From NCBI GenBank assembly GCA_016748015.1, contig JAAOMT010000710.1:186001-250000 (forward strand): a stretch of DNA of 64,000 bases, read 5' to 3'. The stretch is from Geosiphon pyriformis uo1. Lineage: Eukaryota; Fungi; Glomeromycota. Shown here in pieces: positions 23,701-36,748 of this stretch; the stretch's first letter is position 1; every line of letters starts with the position of its first letter. The position numbers and the translations under genes are program-made. Under the pieces are notes generated by a model. The model searched no databases and was not told where the DNA came from. It worked only from the letters and a program-made list of their open reading frames with translations.

Positions 23701-26530
23701 GTTTATGATCTTAATACTTTAATTGTTGAGATTTGATTAACTATTTTTTTTATCTTTGTTTTAGACCAAATACAATTAACATAAAGACTTTAAAACTTTA
23801 ATAATTTAAATTAATTATTCTTAATTATAGTAATTAATAGAATATTTATTTATTTTTATTTTTTTCTTTATTGTAAAGTAATAATATTGAAAATTGATTG
23901 TCTAAAAATAGATTTATAATAGCTTAATAAAAAAAAACTTTTTTTAAATATTAAATATTAATTTTATCTTAATAGTTTATTAAAAAAATAAAAAAACAAT
24001 ACCAAATCCTAGTAACTATGCTTAATTAACTTAAAAAAAATACAACTATAACAATATAATTATTGAATTATATTTCTATATTTTATAACAAAAGAACTCA
24101 ATAAGTATAACTTCAAAACAACAAAATTTTTAGAGATTAATAGACTGATTTATAATTAAACTATATTAATTTAAAAATTTTAGCTTTTATTACTTAAATT
24201 ATAAACACCAAATATTATGACAATATTTTATCAAATTTACTTATAACATTAATTTTAATTATTAAAAAAAATTTATAGATATTTAAACATTTTTTTATTA
24301 ATAAATAATTTATCAAAGTTCAGTTTAGCTAAAACATATTCAGTTATCAAATATTTTATTAATTTAATTTTAAAAAACTATATTTAACAAACAATTTTTT
24401 TATTTAATCTTGGCTATTTTGCAGCCTATAATTAATTATAAAATACAATTTAATTTTATTTTTAAGAGTACTTGCTATAAATAAAACATATAAATTAAAA
24501 AGAGTTTTAAATTAAAAATATATCTGTTTAAAAATTTCTCAAACAAAACAATATATTATTTATTTTTATATAATTTAAAGACAATTAAACAGATACAGAC
24601 TAAAAATAAGATTGTAAATATAATAAACTTTTCAAATACTAATAGAATACTTGGCATACTATTTGAACACTAATTTTTGGATTTGTAAATTTTAAGCTAC
24701 TTTTTTTGTTATTTATTGCAGTTTTTTATTAAGAATTAATTTTGTAAACAATTTTTTAACTAGTTTAGTAAAAATTTTTAAAACTTTAATTTTTTTTTAA
24801 TAAATAGTTTATTTTTTGTATTTTGGTTTATTAACAGTATTTTAATATTATTAATACTAAAAAAAATATACTTTTATTAATGTGTATTACTTTTTTAAAA
24901 AGTTTGATATGACTTTTATTAAACAGCTTTATATTAAAAAAGAATTGGTTTTCAATTAAAAAAAGCTTAATCTTAAAAATTTTGTTCTTTATTGGTTTAA
25001 GAAAACAGTTAATATTTTGTATAAAAGATTTTTTTTTAATATTTATTAAACTAGTACTAATTTTGATTTTGCTAATATATATGTTTTAAATGTGTTTATA
25101 ATAATGTAAAAAAGTTTTTTAAAAATTAATTTTAAAGTTATAAATATTTATATTAATATTCTTTAAAAAATTTAAATATACTAATTATAAAAAGTAAAGC
25201 AGCTATTTTTTTCTCTGATTTGAATTTGAATATTAGTATTAAAATGTGTAAATTTATTTTTTTTATATTAACTAAATTATAAACAATTGTATTAACACTA
25301 AAATATATTCTTGTTTATAGTTTTGTAATACTATACTTAAACAATTAATCTGTTTTAAATGTATACTTAATTGAATAGAATTTAATAATGTCTAATTTCT
25401 ACAATCTTTACTGGCTAAAAAAGTATTACATAATAAATATTATTAAGAATAAAAATATTTAAATTGTTTAATCTAAAATAAAAAGCTATTTAAATAGTTT
25501 AAATAATAATAAAACTAATTTTTTGACTAATACTATTTTTTTATCAAATCTAGTATTTTTTATTTAGATATAAAAAAAATTTTTATAAATTAGTGGCAAA
25601 ATAATTTTAAAGAATATTTATTAATTATGTTTATTAAAAAATAGAATTTAAAATTGGTATTTTTAATGTAAATTTATTTAAAAATATTAATTGAATTCAG
25701 ATTTTATTAATTTAACATTCTTATTTACATATGGTCTTTGATTTTATAAGTTTATTTACAGCTAATTTGCATTTTTATTTTATAAAAGCTTTATATTATT
25801 ATTTGTTTATAGCTGTTTATAAGTAATTATATAATAAAAAATACTCTAGTATTTTGTATTTCTATTGTAATAAAATAGAATTATTAGATTATTTTTTATA
25901 TATATAATAAACTTTAATACTTAATTATAGTTGTTAGATTTGTTTTCTGTATTATGGTATTTTGTGTCAAATTTAATTTAATCTTTATTATGTGTTTTAT
26001 AAATGTTTTTTTTGTACTTTTAATTAAATACTATATACTATATTAAACAATAATTGTGTTTTTTAAAAGTAATATTCTAAGTTTTTTTTGGTTTTTAAAG
26101 ATTTTAAAACTGTTTTTAATAAGATTATAGATTTAATATAAAATTTAAATATAATTTATTACAATAATTAGTTTAAAATACAAAAATTTTATAAAGAAAA
26201 ATAGTTTAATATTTAATAATAACTTTTTGGTTTTTGTTATAAGTAGTTTTTTAACACAGTTTTTTCTAATGTAATTAGGTTTTTAAACATATTTATTAAT
26301 TTAAGTATTTGTTTTAGATTGTATAAGTCTTATGTATTTTATGCAGATTTAAATAATATTGTTTTTATTATAATAAATATATAGTGTTATTATAATTGTA
26401 TTTAAATAACTAGTTATATATAGACAATACATAATGTATATCTAATTTAGATTACATAATTTAATATATTGTATTAAATTATATATAGACTTTATTTATT
26501 AAAACCAATAAAAAAATAATATAAAAAAAA
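20797..26530 (+). mobile_element. LINE copy 3, extremely AT-shifted, interrupted by a solo LTR
   Basis: Colinear with copy 1 from the ORF1 tail (20945-21040) through APE, RT and RNase H to the 3'UTR (atagtgtt...tctaatttagatta) and an A-rich tail at about 26507-26530. Confidence 0.85.
23266..24248 (+). mobile_element. Solo LTR, family D
   Basis: Homologous to 9572-10595. Flanks CTAA/TTAA both derive from CCAA, which LINE copy 2 has at the empty site. The LINE RT sequence resumes after it. Confidence 0.88.
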
Positions 26531-26591
26531 TAATTAATAATTAAATATAACATAAATTAACCAAATATATATTAAAAATTATTAGATAATA

Positions 26592-29500
26592 TTTTTTTTT
26601 TATTTGTTTTACAAGTAAGGTCCAAACACTACCTAGTACTATACATCAAAAAAATAATCTAAACTAAGTGTGAATTATGCATTTTCCACATGTAACCAGC
26701 CACTTAGGCCAATCAGAACAACACTATACAGCTATGTGAACTGAAACTAAGTCATTTATGTCTGAAAAAAACATATAAATTTTGCAAAAGCCAAAATAAA
26801 CACCAAAAACATTGGCAATGCCAAGCAATTTGACTACTTCAACCAACAATCCTGAGGCCAAAACAGAAACTGAAACAAGATCTGACCCATCAAAAAAAAT
26901 CAATACATTCTTTTCCATATAAGCATGATGTTTAGCATAAACTAACCAGACATTATTCTTAAAAGCAAAACTAAAAAAGTGCACAAATTTGACAATCTCC
27001 AAACCAGCAATCTTGGGATTATGAAAGATGGTAACCACCTCACAAAACCAACCATTAAAAACAAAACCGTTATAAAAAGCCATAGACAAAGAGGAATCAG
27101 AAACACATAAAGACAACAGTTGTAATATGCCCAAAGAAGAATGAAAGAAACCAGAAACTGCCTTCTAGGAGTCCACATAGAATTCCAACAACTGATATCA
27201 GACAGAATTATTAATCTTACAAGAGAACACATGATCTGACACCTCTATATCACCACAATATAAGCATAACACACTTGAATAGAATCTATTATAAAGATAT
27301 TTCTGAATGACAACCAACAGCCAGTGGTGCAAAGCCTTCATAAAATAAGTACATGCATTAGCTGAAGGTCTGCTGGTGAAACCAGCAGTTATGTACAAGT
27401 TAGGGTGCCAAACCAAAGATAAACAGAGCCAGTCAACCTCAGAAAACAAACCACCTGCCAAAAACTTAGAACCAGAACCAACCTCTCAGCATGCATAACA
27501 AACCAAATAATAAACATCATGGACAAAATGTCTGAAATTGCCAGAAACAACACTACCATCAACCACTATGAAGCATTCACCCAAGTGAGAAAGAAGATAC
27601 CAACCAGAAAGAGAAACATCATCAACAATTACATCAGTGTGCTTATTTCCTAAAACACCAAAGTGACCTTTAATTTTATATCAGCTGACCTTCAAATTTT
27701 TACTGTAAATAACATTGACAATATGATGATGTTCAATCCAACACTAATTATGAAAGTTGGAACACACCAGGCCCAATTCTGACTTACAGACATCCAGAGC
27801 AAATTGACTATCTGAAAACAATTTAACAGAGCTCAATAGAGAGACATTTTCTAGAGCCAGTGCAATAGCCTGCAACTTTGCCAAAGTAGATGACATCAAA
27901 TCTAACACACCAATATCCAAACCCAAATTAATGTTCTCGAAAAAAGCAGCAATGCCAGCTCTACAGTCAACTGTGCCCAGATTACTAAGGAACTCATCTG
28001 TATATACCAACAAACTATTAGCACCAACTTGTGAAAGATGATCACAGACAGAAACAAAATCATAAGACTCAAAAATGTTTAAAGAAACAACACCATTCAA
28101 AACTGAAGGATAAGTAAGAGAGAGACCTCTACCATTGAGAAATACAACAAAAAGCTTGAACCACTCAGGAACAAGACCATGAGAGTCTAATCTTTTCCAA
28201 TGCTTAAAAGTGTGCCAATCAAAGACAGAACCATGATGATCATGAAATTGATCCACAAAGACAATACCATACCATCAGAAAGAAGAGAAAAACCTAAGAA
28301 ACTGTGACTTATCTAGAACAGTAAACATAGAGATCCCACCACAAAACCGAAAGAAATTGGCCAAAGAACCACTCAGAGACAAATTGCAATCAAGAAGAAC
28401 ATGAACCATGCCTACCAGAAAGTTATTGGAAGCACTAACACAAATATGCACAGGAGAACTCAATGGATAAACAGAGTGCCAGCACAAAACTTGCAAGTTA
28501 TAAGACCTGTAAAAGAACAAACAATCCAGAACACCACCAAAATTCACAAAACTGACAAGAAAAACCACCTTGCTCTCAAACTGAACTTGAAAAAAAAACT
28601 TTAAACCATAAAAAGAAGGGTAATAAATTGTATTATTAGGAAAATTGAGAGGTAAGCTGGATTTAAACTTTAAGTCTTATGAATCAAAACATCTTACTTG
28701 TTGTACATATCAATGGAAACAAAGCTAAACTGTATTTTAAAACTAACTATAGGATGAAAAACTGCCAATACCAAATATAAGAACTGCTTATCTGAGACAG
28801 CCTTTTTTAGAACCAGATTGGTAAAAAAACGAACATCTGAATTTGTCTTTACCAAACTAGGCTTTGAGAAATCCTCAGTTGAGAGAAAAATACCCAAATA
28901 TTGATGAGATTCACTCTTTTTGGCAATGGAGATTGGCGAGCCACTAATAAAAAGAGAAGAAATGTTGACTCTGCAATTAATGGAAATGGTCACTGTTTTA
29001 TTGTTATTAATAGAAATATCATTTATCTGAAAAAATTCACTAGCAATGTCAAGAATATGCTGAATAGCTGTCTAACTACTACCAACTCAAATTGTATTAT
29101 CAACAAAAGCACTAGCAGCAAAAAAAGAAGAGAGCCCAGCCTGGGACTCAGCATAACTATTCCTTGAAATAAAATAAGAACTTAATCTATAACCACACAT
29201 GCTTTCCTGTCTCTTAACTTCACATAGCAGAGAATTGTAAAATATACGCATAAGAAAAAAAAAAGACCTCCCTTTGGTTCAAGCCATTATGTACATAATA
29301 ACCATCTGTTAACCCAAAGTCTGTCATCACTTTGTTGGTACAATTTTTATGAATACTACTGAAAAACCAAATGAACTTGCCACACATCTTGATCTTAACC
29401 AAACTTTTCTTAAGATGTTCCCAGCTGACTGAATTGTATATTTTCCACATATTCTGCAAAACCAGCTAGAGCTCCCAATTTTTTTTCAATGCATTCTCAA

Positions 29501-31515
29501 CCACTGATTTAATTGCAAATATAAAAGACTGAGTCGTTATACCCTTTAAAACCAAAAAATTGTCTCCATGAAGAATGTCAAAAGTGCTGTATACCAAAGA
29601 AATTTTATTAGAGAGTATTTTGGAAAGGATCTTACAAGTCATTTCAATCAAAGCAATAGGGCAGATATTCATGAGAACACCCTTCCACTCATATGGTTTA
29701 GGAATTATTGAGATCCAAGTCTCTTTCCAAGATCTGAGCACTAATTCACAAAACAGACAAAAGTTCAAAAGCACCAAAAACATATCCAGAATCGATTTGT
29801 CACAATGTTTTCAAAGCTCATTTGTAATACCTGAGAGACCAGCAGCTTTGCCATCAGGCAGATCAGAAATCACCTCAAGCAGCTCACTAAACTCAACTGA
29901 ATGCATTACACCAGAAAAAGCCTCATTAAAAACATAATCTAATGGCCAATATTGACAAGACCAAACATTAGAAACATCAGCAACCACATTATGCTTTCTG
30001 GTCCAACCTTCTATAATAATGTCCAACTTAGACTTAACTGAATTGGGCTTCAATATAAGCTTGTTATTAACAACCAAATGGTTCAGAACTACTTTGCAGA
30101 AAGAACACTCCAGAACACTTCTGATAGTATGACCTTTATTCATTTTAAAGCTTTCCATCCTTTTATTTACAGCAGCTCTAATGTTTGCTCCCTTAGCTGC
30201 CAGAAATTCAGCAAGCTTGGACATATAATATAACTTCCTTATGCCAGAGAGAGCAGAATGAACATGATTAGAGTTCACACCAGAGTTAACGAGATCCTGA
30301 ATAATTGAGACTTTGATACTGTCCAAAGAGTCCCAGTACCTCATAAGAGAAACAAAACTGACAACATTTTTCTTACAAGAGGTCTTTGCAATTTTCAAAA
30401 CCAAAAGCTCCAACTTATAAAACTTTAAAGAAACTTTGGTAAAAACACTATCAAAATCTTTGAACCATTTCTTTCTAAATATCTCATTTGCTGAAAAAGT
30501 TATTATTCTGTGTAAAACATTCCAGATCTGAGAACTTGACAGCAGTAGCAAACTTGTTAGAGAACATTCTAGCATTGGCCAATGTGGCATTTTTAAAATT
30601 ATTTCACTTATTGTTATTAGCATTCTTGAAATCAAACTTCCAACAATCCTTATTAGCTTGTTTATAAAAAGAGTTTAACTACATATCCAGCAAACCACCC
30701 AGACTTATCAACACAAAAATGGCTCAGTAATCAGTGTCAAAGTACTCACTAACATCCACAATACTGCATTCTAAAACTGCATTGACCAAATTAGAAGAAA
30801 CCAATACATAATCAATTGTCTTTTTCACACCTCTTGAATTCTCCCATGTGGAAACTTTTACTACTGAACTGCCAAGTAGAGAATTGACCAGCTTCAAATC
30901 AAGACATTTCTTAAAACTAGCACATTTACACAAACTGTTTTCATTGAAATCTCCACCAAGAATGACAAAAGAAGATTTATTCACAGTCTTTACAATAAAA
31001 AAGTTGATTTCACTAGTCTAAGAGAACCAAACCACTGAAAAAACACCAGTGTATAGCCCCAAAATTGACACGGAAAGTTTATTCTTGAAGAGCAGCTTAA
31101 TAAACAGAAGCTGACCAGACACCTCAGAAACTTTGCACACATGTCGTGCCAGAGAAATGTTCATAATAATTGCAACACCAGAGCCCATATGACCAGAATC
31201 CAAACCTGAAGTAAAAACTCAGACATCATTAAACTTATTTATAATCCATGGACAGATCTTATCTTTTAACTTAGTTTCAGTAACAATAGAAATCAAATTG
31301 TTCATATCCTTATACCAATAAATGATATCATCTTGTTTTACAAGATTGTTTATTTCTTTAACATTACAGATAGCAACTTTCCAAACTAAATCATTCATTA
31401 AAAAGAAGGAAGAGCTGACAAACCCAAATCAGAACACAAAGAGTCCAATTTTGCCAATACTAAACTGACCAAAACTTTCAGAGCCATCATCTTTGATTCC
31501 AAACCACCTATCTTG
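26592..31515 (-). mobile_element. LINE copy 2 (APE-RT-RNase H), truncated in ORF1
   Basis: Minus-strand ORFs from 31203 down to 26724 match copy 1 proteins. Conserved 3'UTR, and a T-run at 26592-26601 as the A-tail. Confidence 0.95.
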
Positions 31516-31525
31516 ATTAGATAAT

Positions 31526-32213
31526 ATAATAATAAAAATTTTAGAAATATCAAAAATTTTAACAATAATTTAAAAAAAAGATAAAAATTATTAATAATTT
31601 TAAAAATCTTATATTATAAAGATTAATATATATATAATTATAGTATTAAAAACAAAAAAGTTATTTTTTATCAGATTTTATTAAAATTTTAACAGTTAGA
31701 AATTTAATACTTAGAACAATTTTTTTTTAATAAAATTATTATTTATTTTGTTAAAATTACTTATTATTAATTAATATTAATGGTATTTATTTACAAAATT
31801 TAACAATATTAGAACAGTAATTTTTAATTATAATTATTGATAAAATATTATTTTATACTTTATTATTTTGTTTTTTTTGTTTTTTTGGTTGGTTTGTTTT
31901 ATTGTTTTATTAATTAATTAAAAAAAACACTAAAATTATAACATCAAAAATTGCTTGGTAAAAAATATAAAAATAAGTGTAATAATATTTAAATTGCTTA
32001 TTAAAAAAATAAAAAACATTAATATAAACCAGTTATTATATTAAAAAAGTTAGATACCAAATATTATTAATTATTATCTATAAATTTCTATTTATTATAC
32101 AAAAAACTCAATTAATTTAAAATTTTTAAGAATTAAAATTTTCTGATTATATTATTAATTAATAGTATTAATTTACAAACCAATATATTATATAATAGTA
32201 ATCTTTATAAATA
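31526..32213 (+). mobile_element. Highly degenerate A/F-related LTR; boundaries approximate
   Basis: Shares blocks with the F and A LTRs: aacatcaaaaattgcttggtaaaa, ttctatttattatacaaaaaactcaa, and a TATATATA box. Confidence 0.6.
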
Positions 32214-32696
32214 TAAGTGTTTTATTAATAAAAATATTATTAGTTGTATTAAAAAATAAAAAAATTGCAACTTTTTTTACTTTTTGTTCTAATTGTTATT
32301 ATAAAAATATAAGAATAAGTTTTTTTGTATATTTTGTTATTAATATTTATATTTTTTATATTAAGATTAACAATTAAAAATATAAATTTTTTTAAATAAA
32401 CAAGTATTGTTATTAAAGTTTGTTACATTATTTAACTTTTGGTGTCAAAATATCTTTTTTTGTCAGTGTTGGTTTTTTTTAATATTATTTTTAAACATAA
32501 CTTTATTAAAATTATTTATTATAGCTAGTTCTTAAACCAAAAAAATCTTATACACAATATGTATATAAAAAATTAAATAAAGCAAAAATATTTTTTTGGC
32601 TTTTTGGCTCTTAGCAGTTTAAAGATTGACAAAAGATTTTATTTAAAATTTAAAAAACAATTATAATTACAGCTTATTTTTAAAACTCAATTTTTT

Positions 32697-35600
32697 TTAT
32701 TTCGATTTGGCAACGCCACCGTCAATTCTATGCAACATCGTCTTCTTTTTGGGTGTAGGCATAGATGGCAATAGCGATAGCGTTGTGCATTTTGGTGATT
32801 CTAGTGACGACCCAGTTTCATCAATAATATTCAACAGTGATTCCTCATTCAAGTCTTCTGGTTTCTTGATTATATCGTACACCTCTTCTATAATGTACTG
32901 CATGGGTAATATATCAAAGTTAATCGAATCTCTATAGTGATTAAAGTAAGATATACAGTAGGCACCAAAAGTAACGCCCGATTTTTTATATTGTTACATA
33001 TGTTACTTTTGATGCCAACTGTACGTTCAATAAAACAAAATACCCTAGATTGTAGCACCGCCGTCAACAGCGCCAACGTTGCGGCAATCTCATCTCGGTT
33101 CAATCCCTGACCCACATGATGCAGTTTCCGACGGACGAGACGACAAACACGACTATTCGCACAGTCCATTTCAAGCATTTGCCCATACGGACCTTCAGAA
33201 CAGATGGTAAGTTAGAACCATTTACCACTCATCACACTCAATGATACGAACAAGGCACTTACCAAAATGCAACCACCCAACAGTCCTCAACTGCCTCACT
33301 CTGCTAGGATCATTTTTGACCGCACCCGCCAGCTGAATTAGCATGTCGTGCATCACTTTTGAGATCTTAAATGACTCCTTCAGCCATTTAGTCGAGGTCT
33401 GCCCATCAAACTCCTTAGCCACCTCAATTGCTCCAAATTCGTTTCTTCCATTGCACTCACGAAATATTCCGTCAACTCGGCGACCTATTTTTTTTCTTAC
33501 ACTGGACGTTCGCGTCTCGTTTTTTCTTTCTGAGTTCGCAATCGAGCATGATTCTCCTCTAAATAGAAGTTGCAGCCCATCAACTATCTTTATACTTTTT
33601 AAAAAGGAGCCTAGCAAAACACAGCTTCTCGCTTACCTAATACACACTACGACTCCTAGCTGCTCGAAGCAGCGATCAAAAATTACAGACCATAGATTTA
33701 TATTATACCAATTTTCTAGGTGGCGCTCTTCAAGAGGACAGGGATTTTGTTCGTACCATGTGCATCTATTAAAGATCACGTGAAAGAACGATTGGTCATG
33801 TAATTAAGGCCTCCCTAAAATCAAAGAATGTCGCTGGGATTTTTGAACGTACAGCCGCTCATAAACTACGTGGATATACTGAAAGACACCATGCTTTACA
33901 GGATCATACTCGACCTCCGGATCCAGCCAAGATTGTAGGACCTTTTTCCGAAGAACTCGTACGTCAACCTTGGCAGAGATTGAAAACATGAAGTATAATA
34001 CGTCAAAATCTCATGTGACGGTATTACATCAAACATAAATGAAACTGCAAATAAGTACCGTTGCGTACGAAACCATGTGCTTCGCTAATTCTTTCGGAAC
34101 TTTCAGAATTTTTGGCATATTGTACGTCTTGACTTCTTCCCATTCCTCTTTCGTAAACAGACCTTGTAGTCGTGTATCTGACAAATCAAAGATCCAGCTG
34201 TGTACGAGGCTATAGAAAAGATGTGAGATTAAGCTAGATTGCGTGCAAAAAAACAAAATTCAGCGGAGAACGCATGCTTTTCTTCCTTCAGCTTCACACC
34301 ATACGCAAACATGATGTCTTCGACCGCCCTTCCCGACTTCAATGTCCATTTTTCATCCAATTCCATTCCACTAAAAGAAAGTTTGAACGCCGCCCATAGG
34401 CCATGATTCGAAAACAATGGCGGTGTGGATGATGGGATGGGTTTTAACTCGCAAGACTTGGAACGTTCCCTGACTTCTTCAACATCTTCCTCGGAGTCGT
34501 CATCATCATCATCATCATAATCTTCTTCTTCTTCTTCATTATCATCATCTTCTTCTTCTTCAGCATCGTGCCTTGATTTTCTCTTCCTCTTATTACTATC
34601 TTCTTCTTGGGGCAGATAACTATATTATTATAATAAAGACTGATTAGAGACCGGTTGAATTCGGTTGCACCAAACGCGTTACTTACCTAGCCGTTCTAGT
34701 TGTGAAAGTGGTAGTTTCCAGATTGCCCTAAATTATGCATAGCGTTAGAAAATACACCTCAAGAGCTATAAGAAAAATAGATTACTTACTAACTCAATCC
34801 GGCCTCTGAATGCAGAGGTTTCTAAGGTGTGCGATTGTTCTTCCCATAAGGGTATATTCATGGGATCTTTATCGCAGTTCTCGTTTTGAATAAGAAGTCA
34901 ATTACATTGTAAATAAAATGTGAGATAGCCATGATGTAGCCGATTATCCAAGCCATTGTACCAACAGCACTTCCCCACTTCTGGCAAACCAGCAGCTTGC
35001 CATCTGCGACAAAATCGCTCGACCAGCAGCCACAAGGTAATGCTTATGTCTTCTGAAAACACCAATCTGTAACCGTACCAGCAGCACGTACCAGCAACAC
35101 TTCCCCACTTCCGGCAAACCAGCAGCTTGCCATCTGCAACAAAGTTGCTCGACCAGCAGCCGCAGGGTTATGTTTATGTCTTCTGAAAACACGAATGACA
35201 ACCGTACCAACAGCACTTCCCCACTTCCGGTAAACCAGCAGCTTGCCATCTGCGACAAAGTCGCTCGACCAGCAGCCACAAGGTAATGCTTGTCTTCTGA
35301 AAACACCAATCTGTAACCGTACCAGCAGCACGTACCAGCAACACTTCCCCACTTCCGGCAAACCAGCAGCTTGCCATCTGCGACAAAGTCGCTCGACCAG
35401 CAGCCGCAGGGTTATGTTTATGTCTTCTGAAAACACGAATGACAACCGTACCAGCAGCACGTACCAGCAACACTTCCCCACTTCCGGCAAACCAGCAGCT
35501 TGCCATCTGCGACAAAGTCGCTCGACCAGCAGCCGCAGGGTTATGTTTATGTCTTCTGAAAACACGAATGGCAACCGTACCAACAGCACTTCCCCACTTC

Positions 35601-36000
35601 CGGCAAACCAGCAGCCGCAGGGGTGTTGGACATCAATTATGGCAGAGGATTTCGACGTGTAAGCTAAAAAGACTCTCACCTCGAGACCTTTCTTCATAGC
35701 CAGAACATGCTTATATGCCGAGTTTTCCTGTTGTAATCTGGACGCAAGAGTTTCCAGTTCGCCTGCAAGTGAATCATGAGCAGCGTGTTTGTTTACACCT
35801 GGCAGTTGTTTAATGAGAAAAATGTCCCAGTCACAAACACTTCCCCACTTCGACGGATCTCGATTCCAGTAGACTTGAGTTACGTAGTAAGTTAGTACAT
35901 ACATAACCATCCGATGAACGTTGAATCAGATCACAATAACAAGGGGCTTACTTGGAAAACGCAAAACTGCAGCCAACTCTTGTGATAGATAAGAAGACAT
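32697..36000 (-). CDS. Intact 11-exon gene, 585 aa, PD-(D/E)xK restriction-endonuclease-like protein (Crinkler/CR-REase-like) with NLS and acidic tract
   Basis: Exons: 36000-35952, 35873-35680, 34879-34790, 34727-34687, 34619-34278, 34209-34059, 33968-33853, 33765-33637, 33558-33263, 33192-33044, 32897-32697. Total 1758 nt, phases compatible, no stops seen. Intron 1 has a TACTAAC branch point. Motifs: KRKRK, KWTLKSGRAVED..LVHSWI, GESCS...GRRVDGIF...EFGAIEVAK. Family assignment is from motif recall. Confidence 0.82.
34957..35622. repeat. Tandem repeat, about 5.3 units of 116-130 bp, inside intron 2
   Basis: The anchor cacttccccactt occurs at 34968, 35098, 35214, 35342, 35471 and 35587. Confidence 0.97.
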
Positions 36001-36112
36001 GGGTAGCGAAAGAAAGCTGCAAAAAAAAAAAAACGCGTGTTCGACAATTGAAATCTATTAAAAACATCCAATGTAATATAATTGGATGGTGTAATTGACA
36101 TGTGATTTAAAA

Positions 36113-36748
36113 AATACCGTCACGTAAAATTTTGACGTATTATACTTCATGTTTTCAATCTCTGCCAAGATTGACGTACGAGTTTTTCGGAAAAAGGTCC
36201 TACAATCCGGAGGTCGAGTATGATCCTGTAAAGCATGGTGTCTTTCAGTATATCCACGTAGTTTATGAGCGGCTGTACATTCAAAAATCCCAGTGACATT
36301 CTTTGATTTTAGGGAGGTCTTAATTACATGACCGATTGCTCTTTCACGTGATTTTTAATAGATGCACATGGTACGAACAAAATCCCTGGGAGTCGTAGTG
36401 TGTATTAGGTAAGCAAGAAGCTGTGTTTTTGCTAGGCTCCTTTTTAAAAAGTATAAAGATAGTTGATGAGCTGCATCTTTCTATTTAAAGGAGAATCGTG
36501 CTTGATTGCAAACTCAGAAAGAAAAAACGAGATGCGAATGTCCAGTGTAAGAAAAAAAATAGGTCGCTGAGTTGACAGAATATTTCGCAAGTGCAATGGA
36601 AGAAACGAATTCGGAGCAATTGAGGTGGTTAAGGAGTTTGATGGGCAGACTTCGACTAAATGGCTGAAGGAGTCATTTAAGATCTCAAAAATAATGCACG
36701 ACATACTAATTCAGCTGGCGGGTGTGGTTAAAATGATCTTAGCAGAGT
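36113..36748 (+). pseudogene. Inverted partial duplicate of the nuclease gene (copy of 34025-33298, introns retained)
   Basis: Near-identical to the reverse complement of exons 7-9 plus introns, with an 11-bp deletion, an ~80-bp deletion and many transitions. Confidence 0.95.

Noticed and set aside
32214-32696. Possible terminus of a DNA transposon carrying the nuclease gene
   Set aside because: No inverted repeat matching the other side (36001-36112) and no TSD could be found.
34957-35622. CRISPR-like array
   Set aside because: Whole units repeat with no unique spacers, there are no cas genes, and the context is a eukaryotic intron.
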